Shown here one piece after another: positions 11,769-22,542 of a stretch of DNA of 32,000 bases; position 1 is the stretch's first letter, and each line of letters starts with the position of its first letter. The translations under genes and the position numbers were made by a program. The DNA lies in assembly GCA_054661495.1 (NCBI GenBank), contig BAAFSQ010000095.1, positions 1 through 32,000 on the forward strand, given 5' to 3'. The DNA comes from Zygophlyctis sp. KS116 (Eukaryota > Fungi > Chytridiomycota). Under the pieces are notes generated by a model that saw only the letters and a program-made list of their open reading frames with translations, was not told the DNA's origin and did no database searches.

Positions 11769-12080
11769 TTAAATGCAACTTAGTCCAGTCCATTCTTGAG
11801 TAATGTGATCCTTTTGAGGGAAATGACGCCTCTGAGGAAGCCTATGACCAGTAAAATCAGGTTTTATATTCTTTGGAAGATGATGCAACTGATCATCTGC
11901 TTTAAGGAGACCTGGTATTGTCCGATCGACTACTGGGGGACTTAGATGTCGGTCATATACAAGTTCATAACACAAATCATGTGAGAACCCAGGAGGCATC
12001 TCGGCTTCCCCTGGAATATAAACTGTTGGATAGTTGGCAGCTGTTGGAGATTGAGGCCTAGAAGAATTCCAATTTTTCAT
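11769..12080 (-). CDS. Hypothetical proline-rich protein (103 aa)
   Basis: ATG-initiated ORF that fills the gap between two genes in an otherwise fully packed region; no recognised motif. Confidence 0.5.
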   Translation of the reverse strand: MKNWNSSRPQSPTAANYPTVYIPGEAEMPPGFSHDLCYELVYDRHLSPPVVDRTIPGLLKADDQLHHLPKNIKPDFTGHRLPQRRHFPQKDHITQEWTGLSCI

Positions 12081-12154
12081 TCAAAAGTTTCAAGATTTGC
12101 TCTGTCGTTTCATACTAGGTTTATTAGATGCAGATCTTTGAGCCATGACAAAAT

Positions 12155-13060
12155 CTAATTCAAATATTTCAAGAGTCCCAATACTTTTTCATAAACTGTA
12201 AATACTATCCCTCCACTAAATATAAGTCTTCCTAATCTTGGTGTTGTCCCCTTCCATAGAGCAAAGATTCCATCTTGGCGAATAATCTGTGTAAAGCAAT
12301 CGAAAGAATTTTTGTATAGTTTCTTGGCATCTAATGACTGCATGCGTGTTTTTAAAACATCCAAAGGCATAGTAGTATAGACTGTAATAACTCCAGCCGT
12401 TGAGCCAGCTAGAAAAGACATGTACCAAGGCAGTTGTTGATTTTTGTAATATTTTGAGACAATTTGTTCCTTTATCAAATCATAAGAAGTTAATCGAACA
12501 GCAGAATTAGCTCCTTGCCTTAAAATAACTGCGCTTACGCCTCTATAAATCCCACTTATTCCTTCTTCCTTTATTATAGTTTTTGTCCCTATGATGTTGG
12601 CAAAATTAGAAAATATACCATGAATTAAACCAGCATATTTTGGTTTTGAACCTAGTGCGTCATGAATCAGTTTAGTCTTGATTGTTTCAGTTGGAGTCAC
12701 CACTAAGACTCCTTCCGTTAGTCCAGCTCCCAGTCCAGCAATCATTCTTCTCCCAGACGATAAACGTCCGTCTGAATCACTCAACAAACTCTTAAATTTC
12801 TCAAATGATAAAAATCTAATTCCAGCCTTGGCAGCAGTTCCGGTTACCAATGCTGACATTCCCTTGTATAATCCAGAGACTCCTTTTGTCTGAATAGTCT
12901 TTTTAACACAATCAATCGGCCCCTGAAAGTTTAGAGAAGATTTGGATTTAGATTGAATCTGAAGAGTAGTTTTTACATATTCTGTTGGATATGTTATTGA
13001 TGCTTCTATTGCTCCTGCGATTGTGCCTGCTGCTAATGAACTGATCAAGGATGTTTCCAT
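12155..13060 (-). CDS. CTP1: Mitochondrial tricarboxylate (citrate) carrier
   Basis: Three carrier repeats (YPTEYVKT, TPTETIKT, MPLDVLKT), plus KAGIRF, RQGANSAVR and PRLGR. Probable in-frame intron 12589-12618. Confidence 0.88.
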   Translation of the reverse strand: METSLISSLAAGTIAGAIEASITYPTEYVKTTLQIQSKSKSSLNFQGPIDCVKKTIQTKGVSGLYKGMSALVTGTAAKAGIRFLSFEKFKSLLSDSDGRLSSGRRMIAGLGAGLTEGVLVVTPTETIKTKLIHDALGSKPKYAGLIHGIFSNFANIIGTKTIIKEEGISGIYRGVSAVILRQGANSAVRLTSYDLIKEQIVSKYYKNQQLPWYMSFLAGSTAGVITVYTTMPLDVLKTRMQSLDAKKLYKNSFDCFTQIIRQDGIFALWKGTTPRLGRLIFSGGIVFTVYEKVLGLLKYLN

Positions 13061-13178
13061 TGAATATTAGATTATTTACTTTCCTTTCGTTAGGGTCTAA
13101 CTCAATGTCTGAATTGCGTCTATTTGATCCTTGGTTTGTACGATTGTACATTCGTATCAAGATTATAAATTCGTGTAT

Positions 13179-14249
13179 TCATCTTTTTATATCAAACAAT
13201 CGCAAAGCGTTTTCTCCCATCACTTTTAATACTTGTTCTTCATCAAAAGACTCTTTAATCGCATTCTTATTCATTACTACAGACATCCATTCTTCCTTGG
13301 TACTATTCTTTTGAGGAGGAAAAAATGGATGATCCGTTCCAAAGAGTATTCGATCAACACCTGCAAGATCTGAAACACATTTCAATGCATGAGGGTGATA
13401 ACTTACCGCATCATAATAGAATTTTTTCAAATATTCAGAGGGTGCCTTTTCTAATCTAGTAGAAACATCACTATAATCATGTGAAACACAAGAGTCTAAT
13501 CTTCCAGAAAGAAATGGTACAGTTCCTCCAGAATGAGCAAGAAGAATTTTTAAATTTGGGAGTCGATCAAATATCCCTGTTAAAATCAGCCGAGAAATAG
13601 CAATTGTAGTCTCAAATGGAAATCCTAAAGCCAATGGCAGTACGTGTCCATTACTTAATTCACCAAAGGTCTCTTTTGGAATCCCGTAATGCGGATGTAG
13701 AAATATAACTAATCCAGATTGTTCAATTTTAGAAAATAGAGGCTCTAATTCTGGATCATCTAATCCTTTCCCAATACCATGAGTTCCCATTATCACTCCC
13801 TTGATTTTTGACATTGTAGATATCCGATCAATCTCTTGTATAGATCCTTGAATAGACAATGTAGGAAGTACTGCAAAGCCATACAAACGAGGATACTCTA
13901 GACACCAATTTTGTAAATCTTGATTAAGTAATCCTGCCATTTCTACGCTTTCTTCATCGACAAAATCTAACCATGGGTTCGCAAGGCTGACAATTGAAAT
14001 GTCAATACCATGGGCCTTGTATTAGACTATAGTACTTACATCCATAAATTTCATTTTTTCCAGTGGATCGTAATATTCTGGGCCAATTGGACGACCGCTA
14101 GAAGTTGAATTATCCAATTCTTCTCCTGGAAGGATTACAAGTCTTTCGATATTGCTGCTAGATACAACTTTTGGAACATTGCTTCTAGAACGTAGATAAT
14201 CCATGTATCGGGGCAAGTAGACATGCGTATGAACATCAATCACTAGCAT
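13179..14249 (-). CDS. Uracil-5-carboxylate (iso-orotate) decarboxylase, amidohydrolase superfamily
   Basis: Motifs DVHTH, GRPIG, SLANPWLDF, FLHPHYG, GHVLPLALGFPFETT, LAHSGG and FGTDHPFFPP. Intron 14016-14039 (24 nt). Confidence 0.88.
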
Positions 14250-14278
14250 TTTTTAACTGAATACGTCATTCGATAAAT

Positions 14279-14665
14279 ATGGATGCCTCTGATTTGGAAT
14301 CTAAAGCATTAAAGTCAATAGAGTTTCTACTAGAGGAATGGGAGGCTAATTATTTTCAGAATGAATTAGATAAATGGATATATTACACAAGACACAATTC
14401 TACAAACTTGAATCCCCCAATCGCTAGTTATATCACAACATTCTCTCAACCGACATCTCAAAAACCAGTGCCTAGAGCCAATGCATCTGTAATCTTTGAG
14501 TACGATCATTCTAAGAAAGTATTGTCATTCAAGTATGAGACTGGACAACTCATTCATAACAAGCAAACAGTAGAATTAGTCGGTAATCCTGTAAAAAGAC
14601 TAAAAGAAATCATTGTATCAAAAGAGCAAACAGCAGAAAAGTATTCAGAAAAGCTTATTGGATAA
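14279..14665 (+). CDS. AKAP14/AKAP28-domain protein (ciliary/flagellar A-kinase anchor-like)
   Basis: FSQPTSQKPVPRANASVIF...YETGQLIH resembles the AKAP28 domain core as I recall it. Confidence 0.6.
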   Translation: MDASDLESKALKSIEFLLEEWEANYFQNELDKWIYYTRHNSTNLNPPIASYITTFSQPTSQKPVPRANASVIFEYDHSKKVLSFKYETGQLIHNKQTVELVGNPVKRLKEIIVSKEQTAEKYSEKLIG

Positions 14666-14674
14666 AAAATACAA

Positions 14675-15713
14675 TTATCTTTCAACTGAGACTGATTCGG
14701 ATTTAGCATTTTCAGCAGTTACAACTGTAATACACCTCCATTCTTCTAAAAATGAAGCTTTCCAAAGACGAATCTTTCCATCATCACCAGAGGAAGATAA
14801 TACAGTTCCAGTAATGTTCCATTCTACTCTCCATACAGGTGCTTCATGATCAAAGAAATCACCAATACAAGAGACTATATACTTTTTCTTTAAATCTTTA
14901 TCAGAATTTTCTTTTAGTTTAAATATTCTGACATGACCATCTCTACATGCAGTTGCTATTAATTCAAAAGTACGTCCCATATTAGGAGCCCAAGAAATAT
15001 CAGTGACAAGATCATTATGGCCAACAAGATTTTCTAAAGGAGTCCACTTGTTATAAGAATCCTTGTGATAAATTTTAGCAACTAAATCTTTTCCACATGT
15101 GACAGCTATAGAATTTGGAAAATATTTATGTGGACACCAGCAAATAGAATAATGTGCATCCAAGGATGAAACATCTCTTGATGAACAAATTTCTAATTCA
15201 TCCTATTGTTAAAATTAATTGAATAATACCATTAAAGTCCAATCAGTAAGAGTTATTGTATCTAAAGCTTCGTATATTCTTAAAATACCAAATGAATCGA
15301 CGCATGCCTAGAATTATTTTAATAAAGACAATTACAATTTTCAGGCCCATGAACTGTGGAGAAAATTGAACATCCTGAACCGGTCCCCTTGCTTCAACCA
15401 TTCTACATTTTTCCGCCCATCGTCTTCCATTTCCCTTCTTCTCTGCATAATTCTCTTCCCAAATCCTGACAGTCTTATCCATCCCACAAGAAGCAAGAAC
15501 TTTTCCATACTCTGGATGACTCCATGATAATTTAAGCACAGCTGCATCATGAGCCTTCCAACAATCATTTATAGACCATGAATCTCCATCCTTTTCTAAT
15601 ACACTAATCTTCTGATCCGACGATCCTGATGCTACCATACTACCATAGTAATCATATGCTGTATCATGAATAATATCCAGATGATGTGTAGAAAATGAAG
15701 AAACTTGCGTCAT
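14675..15713 (-). CDS. SEH1: Nucleoporin/GATOR2 subunit Seh1 (WD40)
   Basis: Motifs HLDIIHDTAYDYYG, WSHPEYG, WAPNMGR and VWRVEWNITGTVLSSSGDDGKIRLWK. Introns 15308-15335 and 15203-15229. Confidence 0.92.
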
Positions 15714-15795
15714 TTCTCTTTTTGACAAGGTCAACAGGACTAGTGTCAGCTTACTGTTGAGGTGTTTTATTAAGATATCAATGATATCAATCATA

Positions 15796-16292
15796 TCAAT
15801 CATTTCTAAAAGTTTCATGACATTTTACCAGTACAGAATGCAAGTATTCCAAATGAGCTGTATGAGTATTATCAGTCAATGATCCCTTATCTATTCGAGC
15901 GCCATTCATAATGAGTGTGTTTGATGGAGTTTGATCAGGACCATAAAGATTATTTTTACCACCAATTACATTACAATCACCAATATTCATTCCCTGTACA
16001 AGAGCTATCATGATTAAAATAAATTTTTATACGTACATTTTGGTTGTAAAACACAATCATGACCAATGTTAGAATCAATTACAGTACATCCTACTTGTAA
16101 ATAAGAGTTTGCACCGATGATCATTGGATCGTGGTGATTATTGATGAGCAGTGATTTTTCTTCAATTATACATCCATCTTCAATGACGATCGGCCCATTC
16201 AGAGGTTTAATAGAAACAAAAGGATGGATAACTACATTTTTACCTAACTTTAGAGGATGATCTCCTTGGTGAAGAGAACAAATTGTATTCAT
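15796..16292 (-). CDS. DCTN6: Dynactin subunit 6 (p27), left-handed beta-helix
   Basis: VIHP...GPIVIEDGCIIEE hexapeptide repeats and a C-terminal HLEYLHSVL. Intron 16005-16036. Confidence 0.75.
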
Positions 16293-16322
16293 ACAGTTGG
16301 AAATTTTACTTTTTTTAAACTA

Positions 16323-16967
16323 ATGATTGGAATCAGATATTTCTCTTCCAGTTCTAGCGCAAGATCAATGATTGGTCGCCGATTGATAAAGTATACTAAT
16401 GAAGTAAGCATTGATCACATCCCAGCCAAACGGGCTACTGGAAAATCATCTATTAGTGTCAAAGGACCTCTTGGAAAGTTGGATCTTGAATTACCAGGTT
16501 TTGTAAACTTGCAAATCATTCCTCCAACTGAATCGGATGCTAAACATACCTGCCAAATAAGTGTAGCTGATCCAAAGAGTGCAAAACAGAGGGCAATGTG
16601 GGGAACATCAAGGGCATTAATATCAAATATGATCATTGGTGTGCATGAAGGATATACAGTTCCTCTTCGGTTCGAAGGTGTTGGATACAGGGTAATTTAT
16701 TAATAATTTTAAATAAAGGCATCATTAGAAGATGGGAAACTGGTACTCAAATTAGGGTTTGCCCATCCAGTGATTATGGAAATTCCAGATGGCGTAAAAG
16801 TCACTGTTCCTGCACCTCAGAGAGTTTTATTACAGGGAGTAGATAAGCATAAGATATCACAATTTGCTGCAAACATACGAAAATTTAGAAAACCAGAGCC
16901 TTATAATCAAAAGGGAATCTTTGTTGGAGATGAAACAATTAAAAAGAAGGAAGGAAAAAAGAGATAA
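16323..16967 (+). CDS. MRPL6: Mitochondrial ribosomal protein uL6m
   Basis: Presequence-like start, then VKGPLG, RAMWGTSRA, GVGYR and RKPEPYNQKGIFV. Intron 16692-16718. Confidence 0.93.
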
Positions 16968-18058
16968 TTAAAATAATTTACGAGACACCTTTCGATCAGA
17001 AGGTTCCGCAGATTCATCAAGTTTTCTTTTTATTCCCTTTTCTTCCTTGAGTGGTTTTGGAAGTCTTGACGGATGAGTTGGTCGAGGTGAAGCAGCAAAA
17101 TAGTCATGCTGCAATACTTTAGAGGTATTGGGTCTTTTTAAAGGATCATAAGTAAGCATTTGCTCTAAAAGATCCAAAGCATCAGCCGTTGCAGCCGTGA
17201 ATAAAGATTTAAGAGGAGTTTTTGGATACGTTGGTAATTCATGATAATCTGGTAAAGTTTTAATCCCCTAAATTTTAAGAAAATTAAGAAAAATACCGGC
17301 CAATTTTCTTCTGTAGGAGTTCCTAAAGCCTTTAGTATAACCTTTAATTGTCCTAAATCAGTTTCTGCAGCTAAATAAGGAGTTCTCAACATCAATTCTG
17401 CAAATATACAACCCATTGACCAAATATCTATACCTGTACCATACTGATTAGCCCCTAATAGCAATTCTGGAGCTCTATACCATCTAATATTTAATTTTTT
17501 CTAAATTTACCTAGTGACTACAGTTGGAGTCATTTTCCTAGCAGGATCTCCATATTGCCTAGCTAACCCAAAATCTGCTAATTTTAACACTCCTTGTGCA
17601 TCTAGTAATAAATTGTTTGGTTTCAAATCCTAAAATCCATTAATATAAATTTCAATAGTTACCCGATGTAAAATAAATAGGGAATGAACGTGATATAACC
17701 CCTTCATTGCCATCAACATCCAACTTTTTATATCTGCAGATCCAAAAGAGACTGTTTTCTGTTTAATAATAGTTTCTAAATCACTTTCTAGAAATTCCAA
17801 TACTAGATTCAAATTGAATTTTTTAGCAAACACCTGATACAATTTAACTACATTTTGATGACAAGTTTCCTTCAAAGTCTTAATTTCTCTAATCGCACTT
17901 AAATCCATTCCATCTTTAAATGCTCCAACTTTAATTTTCTTTATTGCAACTGGAATAGATTCGACCGCTTCAGCTAAAAGTAGAGATCCAGAATATACAA
18001 CAGCATAAGTCCCCTCTCCAATCTTTTTCCCTTTTTGGATCTTGTCAATGGTCTTCAT
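16968..18058 (-). CDS. KIN28: CDK7/Kin28 TFIIH kinase
   Basis: Motifs [37 protein letters not shown] and [10 protein letters not shown]. Introns 17630-17662, 17484-17510 and 17268-17296. Confidence 0.92.
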
Positions 18059-18097
18059 TGAGCAACAAAAATTTGTAAATTTACAAAAAAAATTTCA

Positions 18098-20703
18098 ATG
18101 GCAGAGACGGCCAAGACTCTAGGTAATTTATCATCGGATCCGGATTCAGAGATTTCAAATGTAGAGTATCTTACACTGCCGGGAAGGAAGAAACGAGTCT
18201 TGCTCTCTTCTATAAACCAACGTGATAGGTCGGGAAGGTCATTGTTGTATAAGTGTGCGGGACAGGGACTCTCAGAGGCTGTAAAAGTATTATGTGAAGC
18301 AGGCGCTCAGGTAAACATAAAGGATAATGCTGGTTGGAGTCCATTGCATGAAGCCACTGTAAATGGTCATGAAATTGTTGTAAAATATTTACTAGAAGCA
18401 GGAGCAAATGTAAATTGTCAAGGTAATTTTTAATACATTTAAATTCAAAAAGGTGGGAATTTAGATACTCCTTTACACGATGCAGTAGAGTCTGGACATT
18501 TAGGAGTCGTGGATTTACTATTAAGTCATGGTGCATCTTTAGAATTAAAGAATGAAAATAGTCAAACTGCAAATGATGTTGCTACTAGTCAAAATATAGT
18601 ACAATTATTAAATGAATGGAAAGTTAATACAGCTAAAGTACTTACAAGATATGAAGATGGAAAGACTTTATTGCATAAAGCAGTCTCTAAAGGTTCAGTA
18701 GGTTCAATTTTGGATTGTTTAAAATATGGTTCAGATATAAATGCAAGGGATAATAGTGCTTGGACTCCATTACATGAAGCTTGCTTATTAGGAAATGTAG
18801 AAATTGTTCAAGTTTTATTGTTATATGGAGCGGAAATTCAACCAATGGCATTAGATAAAGATACCCCATTACATCAAGCATGTGCAAATAATTTTCTAGA
18901 TGTAGTAAAACTTTTATTAGAATATGGTGCGGATCCAAATAGGGCTGATGCTCATGGAAGGACGCCAATGGATTTAACTGTATTGGATAGTATAAAAGAA
19001 ATGTTACTGGCGCCAAAAGAAAATTATACTCCTCACAAAACTCCAAAATATCTTCCACGACTGGCAGAGACGATAGAAGAAGTTTCAGAGGAGAGTAAAC
19101 AAGAGGAAATGACGGAAGATGCATCTGTAATGAATGAAGATTTTAGGCCTGCTTCAGACATATCATTTGCTTCTAGTCGAGAAGAAAGAAAATTTCAGGC
19201 TCTATTAAAGAAATTGGCACAAAATGAAGAAAAGTCTTCAACAAAATCAGGAAACAAGGATCCAAAGAGATTTAGGAAATTTGAAGATGATTTTTATTCC
19301 AGTTCTTCAGACTCTGAAAATATTTTTAATATGATGAGTAAGAAATCAAAGAATCAAGGTATGTTAATTTATTTTAATTTCAAGAAATGCCCAAATCTGC
19401 TTCTCCGGAAAAAAAGCTTTATACAGGAAAACCAAGGGGAAGAAAACCAAAAAATGCATCTATCGGAAGTAGTACTGAAGTAGATGCTATTATTCTTGGT
19501 GATGCATCAGAGTCCAAACCAGAAGGTTCTCCAAGACGTGGCCGCCCACCCAAAAATCCATCTCAAATAGGAAGGCCTCGGAAACAAAATTCTGTTGATT
19601 TAGACTCTCAAGCAGTACAAAACGATGAAACAGAATCTAATGAAACAAGAGAAGAGTATCCGGATGTAAATACAGAGATTAAAGTTGAATCAAGTCCCAA
19701 AAAGCGTGGTAGAAAGCCAAAAAGTTGGCATATTCAAAATCAAAAACTAGAGCAGCAAAGACAACTTGAAAAGCTCAACTCTGAAAATAACAATCCCATA
19801 AATTTTGATTCACAAACTCAAGAGATAAAATCAGTTACTTTAGCAAAAAGCCAAAATCAAGAAGAAATTGTGAAAAAAGAAGTGGAATCTAACTCTCATA
19901 AAATAGCAGAGGTACAAGTCACATCTCAGCCACCAGTCTCTGCTCCTGTAGTAAATATTCATAGAGGACCTGTTTTTGTAAAATCACCTCCTGCACCTGT
20001 ATTTGTATCTCCAGTAATTAGGAAAAAAGCAAAGAAAAAATCATGGGTAATCTCTGGATATCAAAGTCTAGAATCACCTCATGATCATCAAATTGATAAT
20101 ATGGAGTTTATTGAGGAAGAAAGTTCACAAGCTATTCACGAAGATGTAAATTTGTCTCAACCTATCAATCATAATAATCCTTTACAGACATTTTACAAAA
20201 AGAATTGTCTTCCATTGTATATAATCACTCTACCTTCTTCCCAATCTCGTTATTTTTTGGATATTCAGCTAGGTCTATTTCTTCAATACTCATCTGGGCG
20301 TATATTTTTAGACTCAAATCCAGGTCTTTTAACAAGAATTGCAGCAACTGCAGAAAAACAATATTTGGAACAGTCTGCTGTTTCAGAAACAATCTATAAT
20401 TCTATGCTCAATGCAAATGAATCTGCGGCTAGATGGATCAAGACAGTGCCATTACGTGCAGGACATGTAGGACTCAAAATGACTGATTTAGACATTCACT
20501 TTGTTAGAGAAGAAGATGTTAGGAGCCGTCTTAATCCCAGAATAGAAGAGCTACAACATGAGTTGGAAGGAGATCAAGTCAAATTCTTTGATGATATCTT
20601 CATTGGTGGAAAAGAAGAAATTGGTCATGATAGGAGGAATTTAAAAAAATCGCCACCAGCTGGCGGCTACGTCCATAAATTAAAACGACATGCGAACAAG
20701 TAA
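18098..20703 (+). CDS. Ankyrin-repeat protein with AT-hook motifs (probable chromatin factor)
   Basis: Two ankyrin clusters (DNAGWSPLHEA, DNSAWTPLHEA) and RGRKPK/RGRPPK/GRPRK motifs. Introns 18423-18452 and 19359-19384 join three ORFs. Confidence 0.8.
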
Positions 20704-22498
20704 AAATGGCAGGAAATCCAATAAAAGGAAGGTAGATTTTGTTTTTGATGAAGTAATTGATTCCTTTGATGAGATTCCTCAAGTTAGTGTAACTTTAAAG
20801 TAATATTTATTTAAAGGGACTTTGGGTCGATCGTTATTCGCCAATTTCAACGGTAAACCCGACGCTCAATTGACCATAGGCTGAACTCTCTGTACATAAG
20901 AAAAAAGTAGATGCCGTAAGAAATCTATTAAGCGATGCATTTGATAAATGTCAGAAAAGATTGCCCGTAAGTTGCTAAATTAACGGTAGGGATTTAAAAT
21001 AATCGTACTCAAAGGACCATCGGGAGTGGGGAAAATGTCGACACTAAGATGTCTCGGGAGAGAAATGGGTTTTACGATTCATGAATGGATTGATCAAACA
21101 ACCTTATTTTCAACAATATCTGATGAAAATGCACGTATGTCCAGATTTTTAATGTTTCAGGTCCATCAGCTTCCAAATCTACATTATTCAAGGAATATTT
21201 GCGGTCTGCATTTACAAACAAGTTACGGTATGGAAATAATGAAGAAGCATTGTCTACAAACGCTGCCCAAAAAAGGTTATTGGTTGTAAAAGACTTGCCG
21301 AATTTATCTAATGCAATGAGCAAGAGTGCTTTTCATGAAAATATTATTGAATTTACTCAATATGCAAAGATTCCATTGGTTTTTATATTAACTGATATGA
21401 AATCTCATTCATTTTCAAAAAGTGAACTGCATAGCTACGATGAATTAATATCACTAAACTCTGTACTTCCACAATCTATTAGAAATTCAAAATTTTATGC
21501 ACAAATCAATTTTAATGTGACTGCTCCTTCTATTCTACTAAAAGCTTTAAAAAGAATAGTGGCTTTAGAATACCGTCGTGGTAAAAAGGGACCTACTGCA
21601 GAGCAATTGGAATATTTATCTAATTTAGGAGATATCAGGAAAGCTATAAATCATTTGCAATTTCGGACATTCCAACCACTTATTAAAAGTAAAGGAAAGA
21701 AAATGTATTTATAATATTTTTATAATATTTTAGCCTTGGCCAAGAGCCGTCTGCTGTATTATTTCATGCACTTGGTAAATTATTACGCAATAAGAGTATT
21801 TTCTTTTTGTAGTGATTATCATAGGAGAAAAAGAACTGATTTATAATCTCCCTGGACATTTAAAACATCATACAAGAAAAGAATGGAATGATGGCATACA
21901 ACCAGAGCAACTTATTACTCTAGGTCATTTAGAATCGGACATGGTTTCCTTATTCCTCCAAGAAAATTACCCTACATACTACACTTCAATTGATGATATT
22001 GAAAGTCTTACGGACTATATGAGCTTTGCAGATTTATTTTCTGTATTTAAAGTTCGAAATATCTTGGAACCATATGAAATCTCAATCATGATGCGATCTA
22101 TATTATTTTGCAATCAATCAGAATCAATTCAATCGATTGGATTTCAAAAGCATTTTAAGCCTCAAACATGGGATTGCTGGAGAAAGTCACAATCTTTAAA
22201 TGTCAAAATACGGGATAAATTTATGGACAGACAGGAACGGTGTAGTTTCTCCAGTATGTCTCAGCTGCAACTTCCGTATGAATGCCTAATAAATCCAGGA
22301 TCTAAATACAAAGAATTGGCAACAGAATTGAATTATTTTCCTACCAGACGCAAAAATATTCAATTTTCTGGTCAAATTGTTGAAGATGATGAAGACTTGA
22401 TGATTGGAAATGACTATCGGCTTAATTATCCTTCAATCAAACAGCATAGTAACGTGAACACATGCAGTTGGCTTGTTGAAGATGAAATAATTGACTGA
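20690..22498 (+). CDS. RAD17: Checkpoint clamp loader Rad17/Rad24
   Basis: Motifs LWVDRYSP...ELSVHKKKV, Walker A GPSGVGKMS, VKDLPN, GDIRKAINHLQF and FHALGKLL. Introns 20789-20816, 20853-20879, 20967-20989, 21135-21160, 21705-21733 and 21796-21824. Start position inferred. Confidence 0.87.
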
Positions 22499-22542
22499 TA
22501 ATTTTTAAGTTGTGATTAACAGAGTTCCTTGACGCATGTCCT

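Noticed and set aside
12081-12146. Upstream ATG in frame with the 103-aa ORF through two TGA codons (selenocysteine or readthrough)
   Set aside because: No SECIS-like element or redox-fold context was seen, TGA is an ordinary stop elsewhere in the window, and this ATG is only 8 nt from the CTP1 stop.
15714-15818. SEH1 N-terminal extension overlapping DCTN6
   Set aside because: Seh1 homology begins at MTQVSSF (15713); the extension looks like a chance open frame.
20706-20735. ATG at 20706 as the RAD17 start
   Set aside because: It hits TAG after 9 codons, and I found no short GT-AG intron that brings it into the RAD17 frame.
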